A stretch of DNA of 63,510 nt, filler included, from Octopus bimaculoides (taxonomy: Eukaryota), in NCBI RefSeq assembly GCF_001194135.2. It is 5 parts of 5 records of this genome, joined end to end, with 100 filler letters (N's around TTAATTAATTAA, not from the genome) between each part and the next. Parts side by side here need not be neighbours in the genome. Positions count along the whole stretch, not along the records: positions 44,884 to 53,147 come from NC_069009.1; positions 53,248 to 60,866 come from NC_068981.1; positions 60,967 to 63,510 come from NC_068984.1; 2 more parts are not named here. The stretch is one strand, 5' to 3'. Below are positions 49,205 to 61,264 of this stretch, piece by piece. The notes beneath the pieces are model-generated. The model saw nothing but the letters and a program-made list of their open reading frames with translations. It did not search any database and was not told the DNA's origin. How positions within the stretch are numbered: position 1 is the first letter of the stretch; each line of letters opens with the position of its first letter. The position numbers and the translations under genes were made by a program.

Positions 49205-52200
49205 TGTATACATATCATCATCGTTTAATGTCCACCTTTCATGCTAGCATGGGCTGGACGATTTGACTGAGGACTGGTGAACCAGATGGCTACGCCAGGC
49301 TCCAATCTGATTTGGCAGAGTTTCTACAGCTGGATGTCCTTCCTAACGCCAACCACTCCAAGAGTGTAGTGGGTGTTTTTACGTGCCACCAGCACAAGGG
49401 CCAGTCATACAGTACTGGCAACGGCTTCGCTCAAAAGGTGTTTTTTACATGCCACCTGCATGGGAGCCAGTCCAACGGCACTGGCAACAACCTCGCTCGA
49501 ATGACTTTGTAACATGCCACCACCACAAGTGCTAGAAGGCGACTCTGGTAATGATTACACTCAAATGGTGCTATTTACGGGCCACTAGCATGGAAGCCAG
49601 ACAGCTGCTCTGGCAATGAACACGCTCGGGCAGTGCTGTTAGTGCTCCACTGGCGCAGGTGCCAGTCATCGAGTATGGTTCAACTACGATTTTGATTCTA
49701 ATTTCACTTGCCCCAACAGGTCTTTGCAAGCAGAGTTTAGGGTCCAATGAAGGAGAGGTTGGCATGTGTGCCAGTTGTCAAGATTCGGTTCGATTTCGAT
49801 TTCAGATTTCAAATTTACTTGCCTCAACAGGTCTTCACAAGCAGAGTTTACTGTCCAATGAAGTAAAGATACAAATAAGTGAGCTGGCTACACTTCTGGC
49901 AGAGGTCACAGATTATGCTCTCACTTGCATTGCCGGGTCTTCTCACGTACTGCATATTTCCAAAGGTTCCGGTCGCTAGTCATTGCCTTGGTGAGGCCTA
50001 AAGTTCGAAGATCGTGCTTCACCACCTTATCCTAGGTCTTCCTGGGCCTGCCTCTTCCACGGGTTCCCTCAACTACTAGGGTGTGGCACTTTTTCACACA
50101 GTTATCCTCATCCATTCTCGCCAAATGACGATACCAGCGCAATCGTCTCTCTTGCACACCATATCTGATGCTTCTTAGTTCCAACTTTTCTCTCAAGGTA
50201 CTTACACTCTGTCGGGTATGCACACTGACATTACACATCCATCGGAGCATACTGGCTTCGTTTCTTGCAAGCTTACGCATGTCCTCAGCAGTCATGGCCC
50301 ATGTTTCACTGCCATGAAGCATGGCTTTTCGTACACATGTGTCATACAGTCTGCCTTTTACTCTGAGAGAGAGGCCCTTTGTCACCAGCAGAGGTAAGAG
50401 CTCTCTGAACTTTGCCCAGGCTATTCTTATTCTAGCAGCTACACTTTCAGCGCACTCTCCCTCGTTACTGACTTGGTCACCTAGATAGCGGAAGCTATCA
50501 ACTACTTCTAGTTTTTCTCCCTGGAATGTGGCAGAAGTTGTTCTCTGCATATCTTCAGTGTTTATTGCTCCTGAGCATCTGCCACATACAAAAACTATCT
50601 TCCCAGTTAGCCTTCCTTTGATATTGCTGCACCTCTTATGTGTCCATAGCTTACACTGGGTGCATCTTATGGAGTTTCTACCTACGCCTTTTCTGCAGAT
50701 CAAGCAGGGCCATCTACCTGAAGGGGTTTGTCTTGTCTGCCTTCCTACTTATTAAGACTTTTGCTAGGTTGACTCTAAGGCCCTTCAATTTTAGTCCTTG
50801 CTTCCACACCTGAAACTTTTCCTCTAGTTCTGATAGTCACTCAGCAATTAGCGCAAGGTCATCAGTATAGAGGAGCTCCCAGGGGCATCCTGTCTTGAAT
50901 TCCTCTGTTATTGCCTGGAGGACTATGATCAATAAGAGGGGGCTGAGAACTGATCCTTGGTGGACCCCTACCCCTATCCGGAATTTTTCACTATACTCGT
51001 TGCCAACCCTCATCTTACTGACAGCATCCTTGTACATGACTTGCACAGCTCCCACTAACCATTCTTCTATCCCTAGGTTTCCTCATTGACCACCAGATAA
51101 GGGGTCGGGGGACCCTGTCAAAGGCTTTCTCCATGTCAACGAAAGCCAGGTACAGAGGTTTATCTTTGGCTAGGTATTTCTCCTGAAGCTGTCTTACCAG
51201 AAATATAGCATCAGTGGTGCTTTTCCCTGGCACAAACCCAAACTGCATCTCATCTAAGCTGACTCTCTCCCTAATTAGTTGGGCTATGACCTTCTCCGTG
51301 ACCTTCATTACCTGGTCCAACAACTTGATACCTCTATAATTGTTTGCGTCTAGGGCATCACCTTTACCTTTGTAGCAGTTGACTATGGTGCTGCTACACC
51401 AGTCATTGGGTGTGACTCCTTCGTGTACCACCTGATTAACTATACGGGTGACTAGGCTGTAGCCGACACTGCCAGATATGTTGAGCATCTCTGCAGTGAT
51501 TCCTGATGGGCTGAGGGCTTTCCCTTTCTTCATACTCTTGATCGCTTTATCTACCAAGGTACTGTCAATTAGGATAGCTGGTCCCTCTGTTGGGTCGACA
51601 TGCGGCAGACTCTCTTCCTCCTATTCATTCTCTTTATTAAGTAGCCTTTCATAGTGGTGTCTCCAGACCTCTCTCTTTGCAGCCTCATTTAGTGCAAGTG
51701 AGCTATCATCCAAGCGGACACATTTCTCCCCTACGACATCACGATTCTCTCTCACACACTGTTTTGCAACATGAAATACTTCAAGTCTTTGGTCCTCACG
51801 GCGCCGAAACATTGGCAAATTTTTTCCTATCTGCTTCCCCTCTGGCTAAATAAACCTGTCTCCTAGCTTTCCTTCTGGCAGTCTGATACAATTCTCTGCT
51901 ACCTCTGTTCTTCCAGTCCTTCCAAGCCTGTTTCTTTTGTCAACCACATTGTTCCACCACCACGTTACTTTGCACCATCCACAGATCTGGTCAGTGGCCC
52001 TCAGCAGGTTGTCCCGTAGAAACCTCCAGTTGTCTTCCACATCATGTGATGCTATATGCCCTTCTATTTCATCAAATGCTTCGAGTAAGACATTTCTAAA
52101 TCTCTGTCCATTTGCAGGATCTTTATGCTTCCAGCCCCTTCTCCTCCAAGCTGGTCTACTTCTGGGCATCCATTTAGCCTTGATCCTGAAGTCGCTAGCT

Positions 52201-53147
52201 ACTAATCTGTGTTGTGGAGTACATTCTTCACCAGGGAAGGTTTTGACATTTATAAGCCGCCCTCTTTCTCTATTTCTGGCGAGAATGTAATCGATTTGGC
52301 TAGTGTGTCTGTTGGAACAGTAGGTGACTAAGTGATAGGCAGGTTTCCTTTAGTTGGTATTGCAAACCAAAAGATCGTTTGCATCACAGAACTCCAGCAG
52401 CCTGGTTCCCTCCTTATTGTGGGAACCGAAGCCATAGTGTCCATGTACGCCATGGAAGCCCCCTGCATGTTGTTGTCCAACATGACCATTGAAATCACCA
52501 GCCACAAAGAAAAGGTCCCTGTCATTCGTCAACGAGGTAGTTTGCAAGAGGGTGTCGTAGAATTGGTCTTTCTGCCCATCCCATAGCCCTGGTTAAGAGG
52601 CATAGGCCGAAATGACAGTAGCTAACCTACGGTGAAGCACTAGTCTAATCTTAAGTACTCTGTCACATACTCTAACTACCTTGATTGATTACCTTATCAA
52701 CCCATTTCTCTGCTAGAAGTATTCCCACGCCCCTGACCACGTCTCAGTTCCCTGCCCAGAAAATCTTGTACCTGTGTTCTTTGCCTGTGAGGAACCTAGC
52801 GAAACCTCCTCTCCACCTTACTTCTTGGAGGCAGCAGATATCGACACATCTCCATTCAAGCATCTCAACAATCTCACCAGACCTACCTTTCAGTGTGCCG
52901 ACGTTGAGAGTGCGAATTCCACGGTGTGGGAGGTGTGGACCAGTGAGACCTTGGGATGAGGGACAGCAGTGTCGTGTACCTGAAAAGAAAGCTTGCATTT
53001 GGCAGAATTCATAAACAAAACAATGCCTACAATCTGCATACACTACACCTTCTTTATGCGTAGGGGATGGGATGGCATAAGGCCCTTAGAAGTGTTCGCA
53101 GGAGACAACCAAGGATGACAGAGGATAAGAACTTCCGGTACTGATGG
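49205..53147 (-). mobile_element. RTE-A LINE, near full length but frameshifted: APE, RT, PHD finger, C-terminus and long 3' UTR
   Basis: TLNVGTLKGR...DICCLQEVRW, AGDFNGHVG, NNYRGIKLL, QFGFVPGKSTTDAIF, FVDMEKAFDRV, GVHQGSVLSPLLL, LLYTDDL, FRYLG, LHGSETW, GRGRPRKT; the 5' end is cut by the linker. Confidence 0.95.
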
Positions 53148-53247
53148 NNNNNNNNNNNNNNNNNNNNNNNNNNNNNNNNNNNNNNNNNNNNTTAATTAAT
53201 TAANNNNNNNNNNNNNNNNNNNNNNNNNNNNNNNNNNNNNNNNNNNN
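53148..53247. other. Artificial scaffold linker N44-TTAATTAATTAA-N44
   Basis: Same 100-bp construct. Confidence 0.95.
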
Positions 53248-54103
53248 GAGGGAGAAAGGAAAGAAAAGAGGAGGAAGACTATTCACTAGTAAAAAAAAAA
53301 AGAAGTCCCTTCAGATTCACTTTAAGTCAGATGAAGATAAGTGGCTCGAAGGAGTGTGACATGCTACACTAGAAACAAGCCAAAGAGTGAAACGAGAAGA
53401 CGGTAAGGGATTTGAACAATGAGAGGAAACTCATTTGAATATCGTTCGCTACCTGTCAGAAACGAAACAAAAAGGTGGGTGTAGTTTTATATCGGAGGAA
53501 TATATCTCGCTTGAAAGGGTCTGTCTCGTAACAACTGGCTTAGCCTCTTCCTCACAGCCACTATTAAGGGTCGTTATATTTCAATGGTGTATTGAAACTG
53601 CAATGGAATAAAGAAGGGTACCAGGGCAAGATGTACAGATATCCGTGTGTATTGATGTATTCTATTGTACACACATATGTTGTCGAGCTCTCAAATGTTA
53701 AAATTAGAGGAGGGATTACACACACACACACGCACATATACAGAGAAGGGATTACACACACATATATACACACATACGCTCACATATACAAATACAAACG
53801 CGAGCGCGCAATCACACATGCACACACGTACAACCAGAAACTTGCTCTCACACATATAAACTCCACACACTCACGTACACATACTCACACACACACACAT
53901 ACTCAGGCGCATACATTCACACAGACATACACACACACGCACTCACACACGCAAACAGACACACAGTCATACACGCATACTCACATACACTCACACACTC
54001 ACACACAACCATTACATTCACACAGCAATACATACACACACATAAGCATACATTCACACACACACTCACACATGCGCACATACGCTCAAACATATGTATA
54101 TAT

Positions 54104-54141
54104 ACTAGCAAACGCCCCCGTCCTTTGGACGGTTTAACATA

Positions 54142-54184
<43 letters not shown>

Positions 54185-54689
54185 AATGTGAAAACAGTTT
54201 TAAAATATTTCGTAATGCAAATATACGGCCATAAAAAAGTGTGGAAATAAATAGACAAAATGCTTTCATTTTTATAATATTCTCTAACCAAAACCTTCAA
54301 ACAATTCACACCGAAACACATATAGAAAACTATAGAAACTAATTGATACACAATTACGACATATAAATAGATGATAAATCAAAAAATGTGAAATCCAATA
54401 GAAAATATTCTGTATTGACAATATACGACCTTATAGATCAAAAAAATATGGAAGGCCCTAGATACAAAAACATTATGTACATACAACGAATTGGAGAAAA
54501 ACACGTATAAACGGCAATTTTTCCCGGTTTGTTGAATGACGCGGGAGCTCTGGGCAAAATATTATAGTGCATGACCATCCTTGGCACATAAGTAATGCGT
54601 ATGCAAAGTTTGGTGAAAATCGGTTGAGAATTGTGGAAATGTATGCGCCAGTCAAAAATCATACTGTGATTTTTATATACTATATACTT

Positions 54690-54690
<1 letters not shown>
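54104..54690 (+). mobile_element. Non-autonomous Helitron/Helentron-associated (HINE/DINE-like) element
   Basis: Starts (T)ACTAGC with the hairpin CCGTCC-TTT-GGACGG (54118-54132); internal (TAAA)n; 3' gcaaagtttggtgaaaatcggttgag...ttttatatac, a layout typical of this class. Confidence 0.55.
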
Positions 54691-54746
<56 letters not shown>

Positions 54747-55149
54747 GTGTGTGTGTTTGTGTGTGTGTGTGGCCCGTTAGCAAATAAAAAATTAAAGGTA
54801 AATCTATTAATAAGGTTACAATATAGTACCAGAATTGCTAGAAACAAGAGTCAAAAGCGACTCAATTAACCACAAAAGCACTAAAGATCAACTAGCTGAC
54901 GAAAGAGGAAGACAGAGAAAAGTATAGCCAACATATCGTTGCGAGGGACATTCGCAAAAAGGGTTGCAGATATACATATATCACGTGATTTCGAAATCTG
55001 AGTTATTTCTCTTAGTTCTCATCAGTGGATCTTACTGCGCCTGCGGGTAAAACTGATTACTCACCTCGTCAACTTGTTAAAATTTGTTAAAACAGAGTCA
55101 CTTTGGACACTTGTTTCTAACAATGCTGGTACAATTTTGTGCCCTTGTT

Positions 55150-55213
<64 letters not shown>

Positions 55214-55217
55214 TGTA

Positions 55218-55267
<50 letters not shown>

Positions 55268-57019
55268 CATACATACTTGTGTGTGTGCATGTATGTATGT
55301 ATATATATATGTATAAATGCATGATTCAAGTTATATAGATGATCCTATTGATTGACTAATAAGATATTTTATAGAGCTTTCGATTTCGAAGATTTTAGAT
55401 TTAATATTTATTAAAGATAAAATTCATGTTTAATTTAATTGTAATCCTATTCATATTATTAGTCAATGAGAAGATATAATGATATATTGCGCCTCGAATT
55501 ACTGATGATAAATGTAAAATTGGCCGGGAAATATTTATTATTCATAAAGAGTAGTACATTTATGAAGCAATGTTTTTAATTTTCCATAAATGCATATATA
55601 AACATACAGATACGCTTATGTGTTTGTGTATGTGTGCTGGTGCCCATAGAAAAATAGAACTCTAATTATGGAGACAATTCTCATATCGCAATACAATGCT
55701 AAAATTGACACGTCAACACATCAAAATATTATCATATTCCAAGCTGACACAAAAACAATAAATGAATAAATAAATAAAGATTGTAAAAAAAACCTAAGGG
55801 TGAAAATTTGGCCGCAGCAAAAAATTAACATGTAACTTTTGATGCATTATGTTAATAGTCAGAGCAACCTTTGGCAGCAAATTCTACACGAATTCAATCA
55901 GTATATATCAAATACAAATAAATCGATAAGCATATTCAATCCAATTTTTCATAATGAGACTGTGAAGTACTAGAAACCTTTCATGTGTATCTTGGAACTC
56001 CACTAATCCAAACCCAAAATATGAAAAATAAAACATAAAAATACAAATGTATGCAATCCCCCCTCTCTCTCTCACACACACACACAAATACATCCATCCA
56101 TCCATCCATCCATCCATCCATCCATACATACATATATATNNNNNNNNNNNNNNNNNNNNNNNNNNNNNNNNNNNNNNNNNNNNNNNNNNNNNNNNNNNNN
56201 NNNNNNNNNNNNNNNNNNNNNNNNNNNNNNNNNNNNNNNNNNNNNNNNNNNNNNNNNNNNNNNNNNNNNNNNNNNNNNNNNNNNNNNNNNNNNNNNNNNN
56301 NNNNNNNNNNNNNNNNNNNNNNNNNNNNNNNNNNNNNNNNNNNNNNNNNNNNNNNNNNNNNNNNNNNNNNNNNNNNNNNNNNNNNNNNNNNNNNNNNNNN
56401 NNNNNNNNNNNNNNNNNNNNNNNNNNNNNNNNNNNNNNNNNNNNNNNNNNNNNNNNNNNNNNNNNNNNNNNNNNNNNNNNNNNNNNNNNNNNNNNNNNNN
56501 NNNNNNNNNNNNNNNNNNNNNNNNNNNNNNNNNNNNNNNNNNNNNNNNNNNNNNNNNNNNNNNNNNNNNNNNNNNNNNNNNNNNNNNNNNNNNNNNNNNN
56601 NNNNNNNNNNNNNNNNNNNNNNNNNNNNNNNNNNNNNNNNNNNNNNNNNNNNNNNNNNNNNNNNNNNNNNNNNNNNNNNNNNNNNNNNNNNNNNNNNNNN
56701 NNNNNNNNNNNNNNNNNNNNNNNNNNNNNNNNNNNNNNNNNNNNNNNNNNNNNNNNNNNNNNNNNNNNNNNNNNNNNNNNNNNNNNNNNNNNNNNNNNNN
56801 NNNNNNNNNNNNNNNNNNNNNNNNNNNNNNNNNNNNNNNNNNNNNNNNNNNNNNNNNNNNNNNNNNNNNNNNNNNNNNNNNNNNNNNNNNNNNNNNNNNN
56901 NNNNNNNNNNNNNNNNNNNNNNNNNNNNNNNNNNNNNNNNNNNNNNNNNNNNNNNNNNNNNNNNNNNNNNNNNNNNNNNNNNNNNNNNNNNNNNNNNNNN
57001 NNNNNNNNNNNNNTATATG

Positions 57020-57057
<38 letters not shown>

Positions 57058-57493
57058 CTTTGGTCTATTTCATTAAATATGCATTTATATATTTTGGAAG
57101 CATGTGAAACCATATGCATTGTTCCCAATGAGGAAAAGAAGAAAATACAGAGATGATAGAAGTGTAGGAGACCCATGATGAGAGGGGATTGCCGAATAAA
57201 ATCGAGCAAAATGGTGTTATTGAAGACTTATTTGGGCATAGCTTTTGGGTCAAGCTGTTTGTGTTCACTTAACCGTGACACCAACTATTCTCTTGACAAC
57301 TTTCCGCGAGTTTTGTTAAAGACGTGATAGGAAAAGACAGGGTTTTCTACAGCCCAGCCATGCGTGCAACATTAAATGATGTTGATATTTATAAAGCAGC
57401 GAAGATTTTGAATGCTGCCTATTTTACACACACAAATGCCTTGACGCGATATCCATAGGCATAGAAATTCTGACGTTCATATTTATTTATTCA

Positions 57494-57536
<43 letters not shown>

Positions 57537-57899
57537 GTGTGTGTNNNNNNNNNNNNNNNNNNNNNNNNNNNNNNNNNNNNNNNNNNNNNNNNNNNNNNNN
57601 NNNNNNNNNNNNNNNNNNNNNNNNNNNNNNNNNNNNNNNNNNNNGTGCTACCGTGCGCACGGTTATGCGAATATACAATACATATATATAGAAACCCAAT
57701 AGTGGATAAAAGCGATGAGATGACATACGCGGGAAAAGCTTCAATGAGAATGAATCGGTCTATTCTGGAGGATATTCGGGCCCGAAACTACCATGGATAA
57801 ATTCCAGAAATGCATGGACTGGAAATACTACAAAAGAGGACTACCGGTTCTGGTTAAATTCCACAAAGTTGGAAGCATCACCAGGTGGGACTACCTGGG

Positions 57900-58330
57900 A
57901 TTCGCGTAGATCAAAGAAAGCATACTGCACGGACTCATGTCGTGTCAGAAGATTACTGACTTGTGTATTTATATAAAAATTGTTTTTATTGCTTGTTAAA
58001 CGAATCTGTTTGCCAAATCTACTGTAATGATCGCCCATTGCCGACCTTTTACAAGGCAGAATAAGCAGCGTTCCTCTATTTAGTAGCTATGGCAAAAGAG
58101 ATTGTGATGGACGAGGAAAGATTGAGGAATGATACCGTCTCCTTCGGTCAAGCCTTCATCGAATTTTTAAAGTTCTACTTGGAAAAGAAAGTGAAGTTGG
58201 AGAGGGAAGTGCTGCCTCCTAATGAAATAAGATGGGTAACTGTGGCAAGAATGGTTAGGGTAAATGGACCTTATTTAAACTTGCGCCTGTTGGTTGGAGA
58301 ACAACAATTAGGTGAGGACTCGTGTCTAAT
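57900..58330 (+). mobile_element. L1/Tx1-clade LINE C-terminal remnant (may extend upstream to about 57100)
   Basis: ESILHGLMSC (end of a CCHC-knuckle-like motif) followed by AFLYLVAMAKEIV...FLKFYLEKKVKLERE...RWVTVARM, recognised from memory as a Tx1-type ORF2 end. Confidence 0.55.
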
Positions 58331-58371
58331 GTGGTTAGGTTAATCTTCGATCTGTGAAGTATTTTTTTGCG

Positions 58372-58953
58372 CGCTAGTTCTACCTGTAACCTTAGGTATC
58401 GACAAGTAGTCAATAGTCTTTCACGTGATTAGAACCTTTCTGATAATCTTCCCCATCCCTAAAGGCAAACTTTCTGTAGAAGCTGTACAGGACATTCTGT
58501 TCCAATCTCATTCAACTATTTGTCTATATTTCTGCTTACATTCCCAATGCACCAGTTACTATAGGCACAGCCTTTACACTTTTCATATTCCAAACTTGTG
58601 CAATTTCAAATTATAAGGGATTTCGACTTAAGGATCAGTCTCAGTCTGCGCAAGTACTCCACCTTAATTTTTTTGTCACTTCTTTCTCCGTCAATTTATC
58701 CATTTCCAAAATTCCCAAGTACTTATAGCCCGTCTTTTCTATCTGCTTCATAACCTTCCCCGACAGTATCGATAGCCCGTCCATACATTTGATTTTTGCC
58801 TCTCTTCAAGACAAACACACCAGACTTTCTCAGTCCGAACTCCATTCTGATATCAGCACTGAAAGTATAAACTGTATCAACGAGGGAACTGACATGGGCT
58901 TCATCTTTACCATAAAGTTCGAGGTCATCCATGAATAACAAATGGTTGACTTT
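58372..58953 (-). mobile_element. R4/Dong-clade (RLE) LINE fragment with internal deletion
   Basis: VNHLLFMDDLELYGK...DIRMEFGLRK...KRGK, EYLRRLRLILKSK, then a jump to EIAQVWNM...VPIVTGALG...LLQK...KIIRKVL. Confidence 0.75.
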
Positions 58954-59115
58954 TTGTTAGCGGTTTTAGAATACATACCCTCACAAAAGCACACACTCAC
59001 AAACATGCACACACATTTTTTTTTTGCTTTGTTCTGTACAGTCTATAATATTTTTCTTCATAGTAACCCTTGTGGGTAATAAAAAAAATCATTATTATTA
59101 TTATGCTATTATTAC

Positions 59116-59250
59116 TATTGGTTTGTCCGGAAAGTTCGTGCCGATTTTTAAAGGAAAGAAAAAGGTCAAGAAATACTTGCCATTACATTTTTTAATCAAC
59201 GAAATATGAACCATTTTGTTGCACAATGCGTCTCCATCTTTCCTTTAACT
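59116..59250 (-). mobile_element. Mariner transposon 3' end
   Basis: TA plus TIR-like ttggtttgtccggaaagttcgtgccgattt; the minus strand encodes KERWRRIVQQNGSYFVD* (stop at 59194-59192); cut by a gap. Confidence 0.85.
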
Positions 59251-59318
59251 NNNNNNNNNNTTTACTCACTCTCTGCGATATTATTGCAGTAAAGGCTTTG
59301 TAGATCGTAGGGAGACAG

Positions 59319-59391
<73 letters not shown>

Positions 59392-59828
59392 TTAAATAGT
59401 TTATCGAACTCTGTGAGACAAAGCACCGATGTTACCTATCGCACCAGGTCCAACGTCTATCACTGTGCAAGAAATTTAACTCCATGTGCTGAAGGCTTTG
59501 ATAGTTATTTAAATGTAACGTTACAAGCTTCTTTGACTGGGTCATGCTGACAGCAGCTACAATAATAATATGAACTCAGTATGTTGTTGGATACGAGACA
59601 TATCAAGTATCGTTTGTTGTACTGACCGAACAAAAAAACCTTGTAGATGTAATTTTTAACAGACATGCAGACACACAGACACACACACACACAGACACAC
59701 GCACAAACACTAAAATACGACAGAAAACAGGATACCATGTGAGTGCTAAGTTAGGGCTAGGAGAACAACGTGATTATGTTACTGAATAAATAATACTGCC
59801 ATATATTTGAACAGAAGAGAAAACTAAC

Positions 59829-59859
<31 letters not shown>

Positions 59860-60866
59860 TAGGCACACATAATCACGCACGCACACACATACACAGACAT
59901 AGATAAATACATACATTCATGCACAAACACACACACACACCACACACTCAAACACACACACGTATACATACGTATATGCCCCCTTATTCTAATTTAACTT
60001 ACTTAATAAACTTCATCATTTTTGGTTGATGGTAATTAAAAAACCTGTCAGACTGCTCAAGCTGCGTTCTGGCCTAAAACTCGCAGCAAAAGTCCATTGT
60101 CATTGAGATTAAATCCAAGCTGGTAAAGTATTTCTCTGGTACTATTTCAAGATTGAAATAAAGCTACTGACTTTTTCTTCCACGCAAAGTATGACTACAT
60201 TTTACTATTATATATATATATATATATATTGTGTCACCTGAGCTGTATAAGTTCCCTGTTCACACACTTAACACCTCGCAGGCGTATTCCATCTAGCAAT
60301 AACAATGTGACATAGAATGACTTAGATTAGTGTCTCCCATACTATTGGACACAATAAACCCAAAGTTTCTTAGAAATAATACATTTCTAAATCTCTCAGA
60401 GAGATTTATACAGTAGTGATACGGTGAAGTAGTTATATGCTGTCAACTTAATGTGACAGTCCCCTGAAGGGAATAATACTACTGTTGGTTAGACCTAGGA
60501 AGCTGCACCACTTCCTGTCGGCCTTGATACATTTTCTGTGTCCTTATGTTTATAAGAGGAAGACAAGTCCCTCCAACCCAGATTAGCCTGCATCCAGAGG
60601 CATGTTTCTGAGTCTTTGACTCAGACTGATGCCGAGCATATCTGTGGAAATATATTGTAGTAGAAGAATTAGCAGTTTGACTGGCATTTCTAAATTTCGG
60701 AATGTGGTGAAGGAACTTTTGCTGATCCCTTAATTATGTTTATAATTATAAAAAAACATTTTGTACAAGTTTTTACCGATAATGGTTTTTTTTCCATACC
60801 GAACTACTTCCTAAAGCTATTAATTATTAAATTAATAATTCTTTAACCTATATCTATAATGATATA

Positions 60867-60966
60867 NNNNNNNNNNNNNNNNNNNNNNNNNNNNNNNNNN
60901 NNNNNNNNNNTTAATTAATTAANNNNNNNNNNNNNNNNNNNNNNNNNNNNNNNNNNNNNNNNNNNN
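60867..60966. other. Artificial scaffold linker N44-TTAATTAATTAA-N44
   Basis: Same 100-bp construct. Confidence 0.95.
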
Positions 60967-61264
60967 AACAGCCTGCTCGTGAAATTAACGTGCAAGTTGC
61001 TGAGCACTCCACAGACACGTGTGCCCTTAACGTAATTCTCGGGGCTATTCAGCGTGACACAGTGTGACAAGGCTGACCCTTTGAATTACAGGTACAACAG
61101 AAACAGGAAGAAAGAGTGAGAGAAAGTTGTGGTGAAAGTGTACAGCAGGGTTCGCCACCATCCCCTGCCGGAGCCTCGTGGAGCTTTAGGTGTTTTCGCT
61201 CAATAAACCGCGATCCTATGACCGCGAGTCCGCTGCCCTAACCGCTGGGCCATTGCGCCTCCAC
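60967..61264 (-). mobile_element. SINE family C with a 30-bp deletion removing the B-box
   Basis: Reverse complement closely matches 5328-5650 apart from the deletion at 61208/61209. Confidence 0.92.

Noticed and set aside
55059-55100. Perfect minus-strand donor GAG|GTGAGT
   Set aside because: No convincing acceptor or coding exon upstream; an isolated 9-mer
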